Origin: an uncultured virus (IMG/VR IMGVR_UViG_2061766007_001169)
Lineage: Duplodnaviria; Heunggongvirae; Uroviricota; Caudoviricetes
Reading direction: 5' to 3' (one strand)
Virus record (IMG/VR): IMGVR_UViG_2061766007_001169
Length of the DNA stretch: 64,000 nucleotides
Under the pieces are notes generated by a model. That model was not told the origin of the DNA and searched no databases. It saw only the letters and a program-made list of their open reading frames with translations. Below are positions 62,284 to 64,000 of the stretch, piece after piece. The translations under genes and the position numbers were made by a program. Position 1 is the stretch's first letter; each line of letters starts with the position of its first letter.

Positions 62284-63554
62284 ATGGGCTTTTCATTTAA
62301 CGGTACGACTTCCCAGTCTATGGGAATCGCCACAAGGATCACAACTGAAAACCGTATGCCGGATATTCGGAACAACACCATCACCATGCCGGGACACGAG
62401 GGCGTATTCGACTTCGGGGAGACCATCGGCGAGAGGAAGATACAGATTTCCTGCTTCATCCCTCCGGGGAACAGCGATGAGGACTTTCTCTCGCTCAAGG
62501 ACAATATCATAGCGTGGCTGAATCCTGACAACGGACTCTGCCCGCTCATCCTCGACAAGGAACCGGGACGGGTGTATTCGGCACGGCTGAACGAGGGNNN
62601 NNNNNNNGCATGAGGGCGTGTTCGACTTCGGGGAAACCGTCGGCGAGAGGAAGATACAGATTTCCTGCTTNNNNNNNNNNAACCGTCGGCGAGAGGAAGA
62701 TATAGATTTCCTGCTTTATCCCTCCGGGTAACAGCGATGCGGGTTTCCTTGCGCTCAAGGACGATATCATAGCGTGGCTGAACCCGGATAAAGGGCTGTG
62801 TCCGCTGATACTCGACAAGGAACCGGGGCGGGTGTATTCCGCAAGGCTGAACGAGGGCTTCTCCTTTGATAAGGCGGTGCGCAATTCCTGCACCTTCGAT
62901 CTTACGTTCCTCTGTCCCGATCCGTATGCCTACGCCGCTGCGGACGAGACATACACCATCGCGCAGACTGGGGATTCCACGGTGACAAGGACGCTTGGAA
63001 ACGCCGTCTCCCTGCCTGTGTATTCGCTGACAGGCGTTATCCCGTCCGGCACTTCTACCTACATCACGATAACGACCAACGGCAGCGAACTGAAGATCAC
63101 GGNNNNNNNNNNCAATTCCTGCACCTTTGACCTGGTGTTTTTATGTCCCGATCCGTATGCCTACGCCGCTGCGGACGAGACATACACCATCGCGCAGGCC
63201 GGAACTTCCACGGTTACAAGAACACTTGGAAACGCTGTCTCCCTGCCCGTCTATTCGCTGACAGGCGTTATCCCGTCCGGCAATTCTACCTACATCACGA
63301 TAACGACCAACGGCAGCGAACTGAAGATCACGGGCAGGCTTGCAAGCGGAGAAACGCTGGTCATAGATTCGTCGCTCATGACGGCGAAGGTGGTGGACGG
63401 AAACGGCAATACGCTCCGAAACGGTCTGCCGCTCCTCTCGGAGCTTAATTTCCCGACATTGAATGTAGGCGCAAACACGGTCACAGTCGCCGCCACGGGC
63501 AGCGGCGTGACCTTTACGGAATTGAACATATCGGCAAGGAGCCGCTGGAGGTGA
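62284..63554 (+). CDS. Distal tail protein (several redundant variant fragments)
   Basis: MGFSFNG..LDKEPGRVY..FLCPDPYAY..SRWR; homolog of 19822-20601. Confidence 0.8.
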
Positions 63555-63560
63555 TTCTTT

Positions 63561-64000
63561 ATGGCTTTGAAAAATACGATGAACACNNNNNNNNNNGGGG
63601 CAAGTACCTGCGTCATGGGGCAAGGACGGGCTGTGGCGGTTCAATGAAACCGAGCCTGACGCGAACACCTGCACGGCGGACACCTCCGGCAACGGCAGGG
63701 ATGCCTACATCAACAACTGGAGCGGCACGACCGCCGATTTCAAGACAGGACATCTCGGTAACTACTTCCAGATGAACATCAACAATCCGTCATCGGAAAA
63801 GACCTATCTCAGGGCGTCNNNNNNNNNNGACGCCTACATCAACAACTGGAGCGGAACGACTGCCGATTTCAAGACGGGGCATCTCGGTAACTATTTTCAG
63901 ATGAACATCAACAATCCGTCATCGGAAAAGACCTATCTCAGGGCGTCGAATGACGGTGCGATGTTCTCGGATATCGGAGACAGAATTATTGTCGGCGGGT
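63561..64000 (+). CDS. Minor tail/baseplate protein, 5' fragments
   Basis: GLWRFNE..AYINNWSG..MNINNPSSEKTYL; homolog of 17290-19815. Confidence 0.75.

Larger units (their letters stand above)
43985..64000 (+). mobile_element. Prophage B late region (fragmented; runs off the window)
   Basis: Second co-oriented HNH-terS-MetK-MTases-terL-portal-protease-capsid-tail set. Confidence 0.9.

Noticed and set aside
1..64000. tRNA or rRNA genes
   Set aside because: None recognised by eye; tRNAscan/Infernal not run

Overview
Gap-riddled scaffold (many N-runs, redundant variant fragments) from a Firmicutes-like (probably Clostridia) genome or MAG. It is almost entirely two related HK97-type siphoviral prophage regions. 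Prophage A runs on the - strand (~39.8 kb down to ~2.8 kb): HNH, terS, MetK, two DNA methyltransferases, an accessory block with amidoligase and GGCT, terL, portal, ClpP, capsid, tail, a GH18 protein, holin, lysin, an arsenic-resistance moron and two large serine recombinases, followed by cargo genes to the left end. A P4/D5-type primase-helicase and scrambled VRR-NUC/ArpU fragments occupy ~39.8-44 kb. Prophage B runs on the + strand from ~44 kb to the end with the same gene order but a different neck/tail module. The most notable observations are: (1) a 130-aa protein encoded in the +1 frame inside both C5-methyltransferase genes, with its own Shine-Dalgarno and locally stronger conservation than the main frame, next to a modular array of TRD-like units; (2) a duplicated iteron/AT-rich origin-like element; (3) a six-copy fixed-spacing promoter-like motif; (4) 13-bp near-palindromic sites that bound low-GC cargo genes like cassette junctions; (5) a shared domain between the amidoligase and the nearby 'virulence' protein. 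All calls are by eye; no database searches were run.
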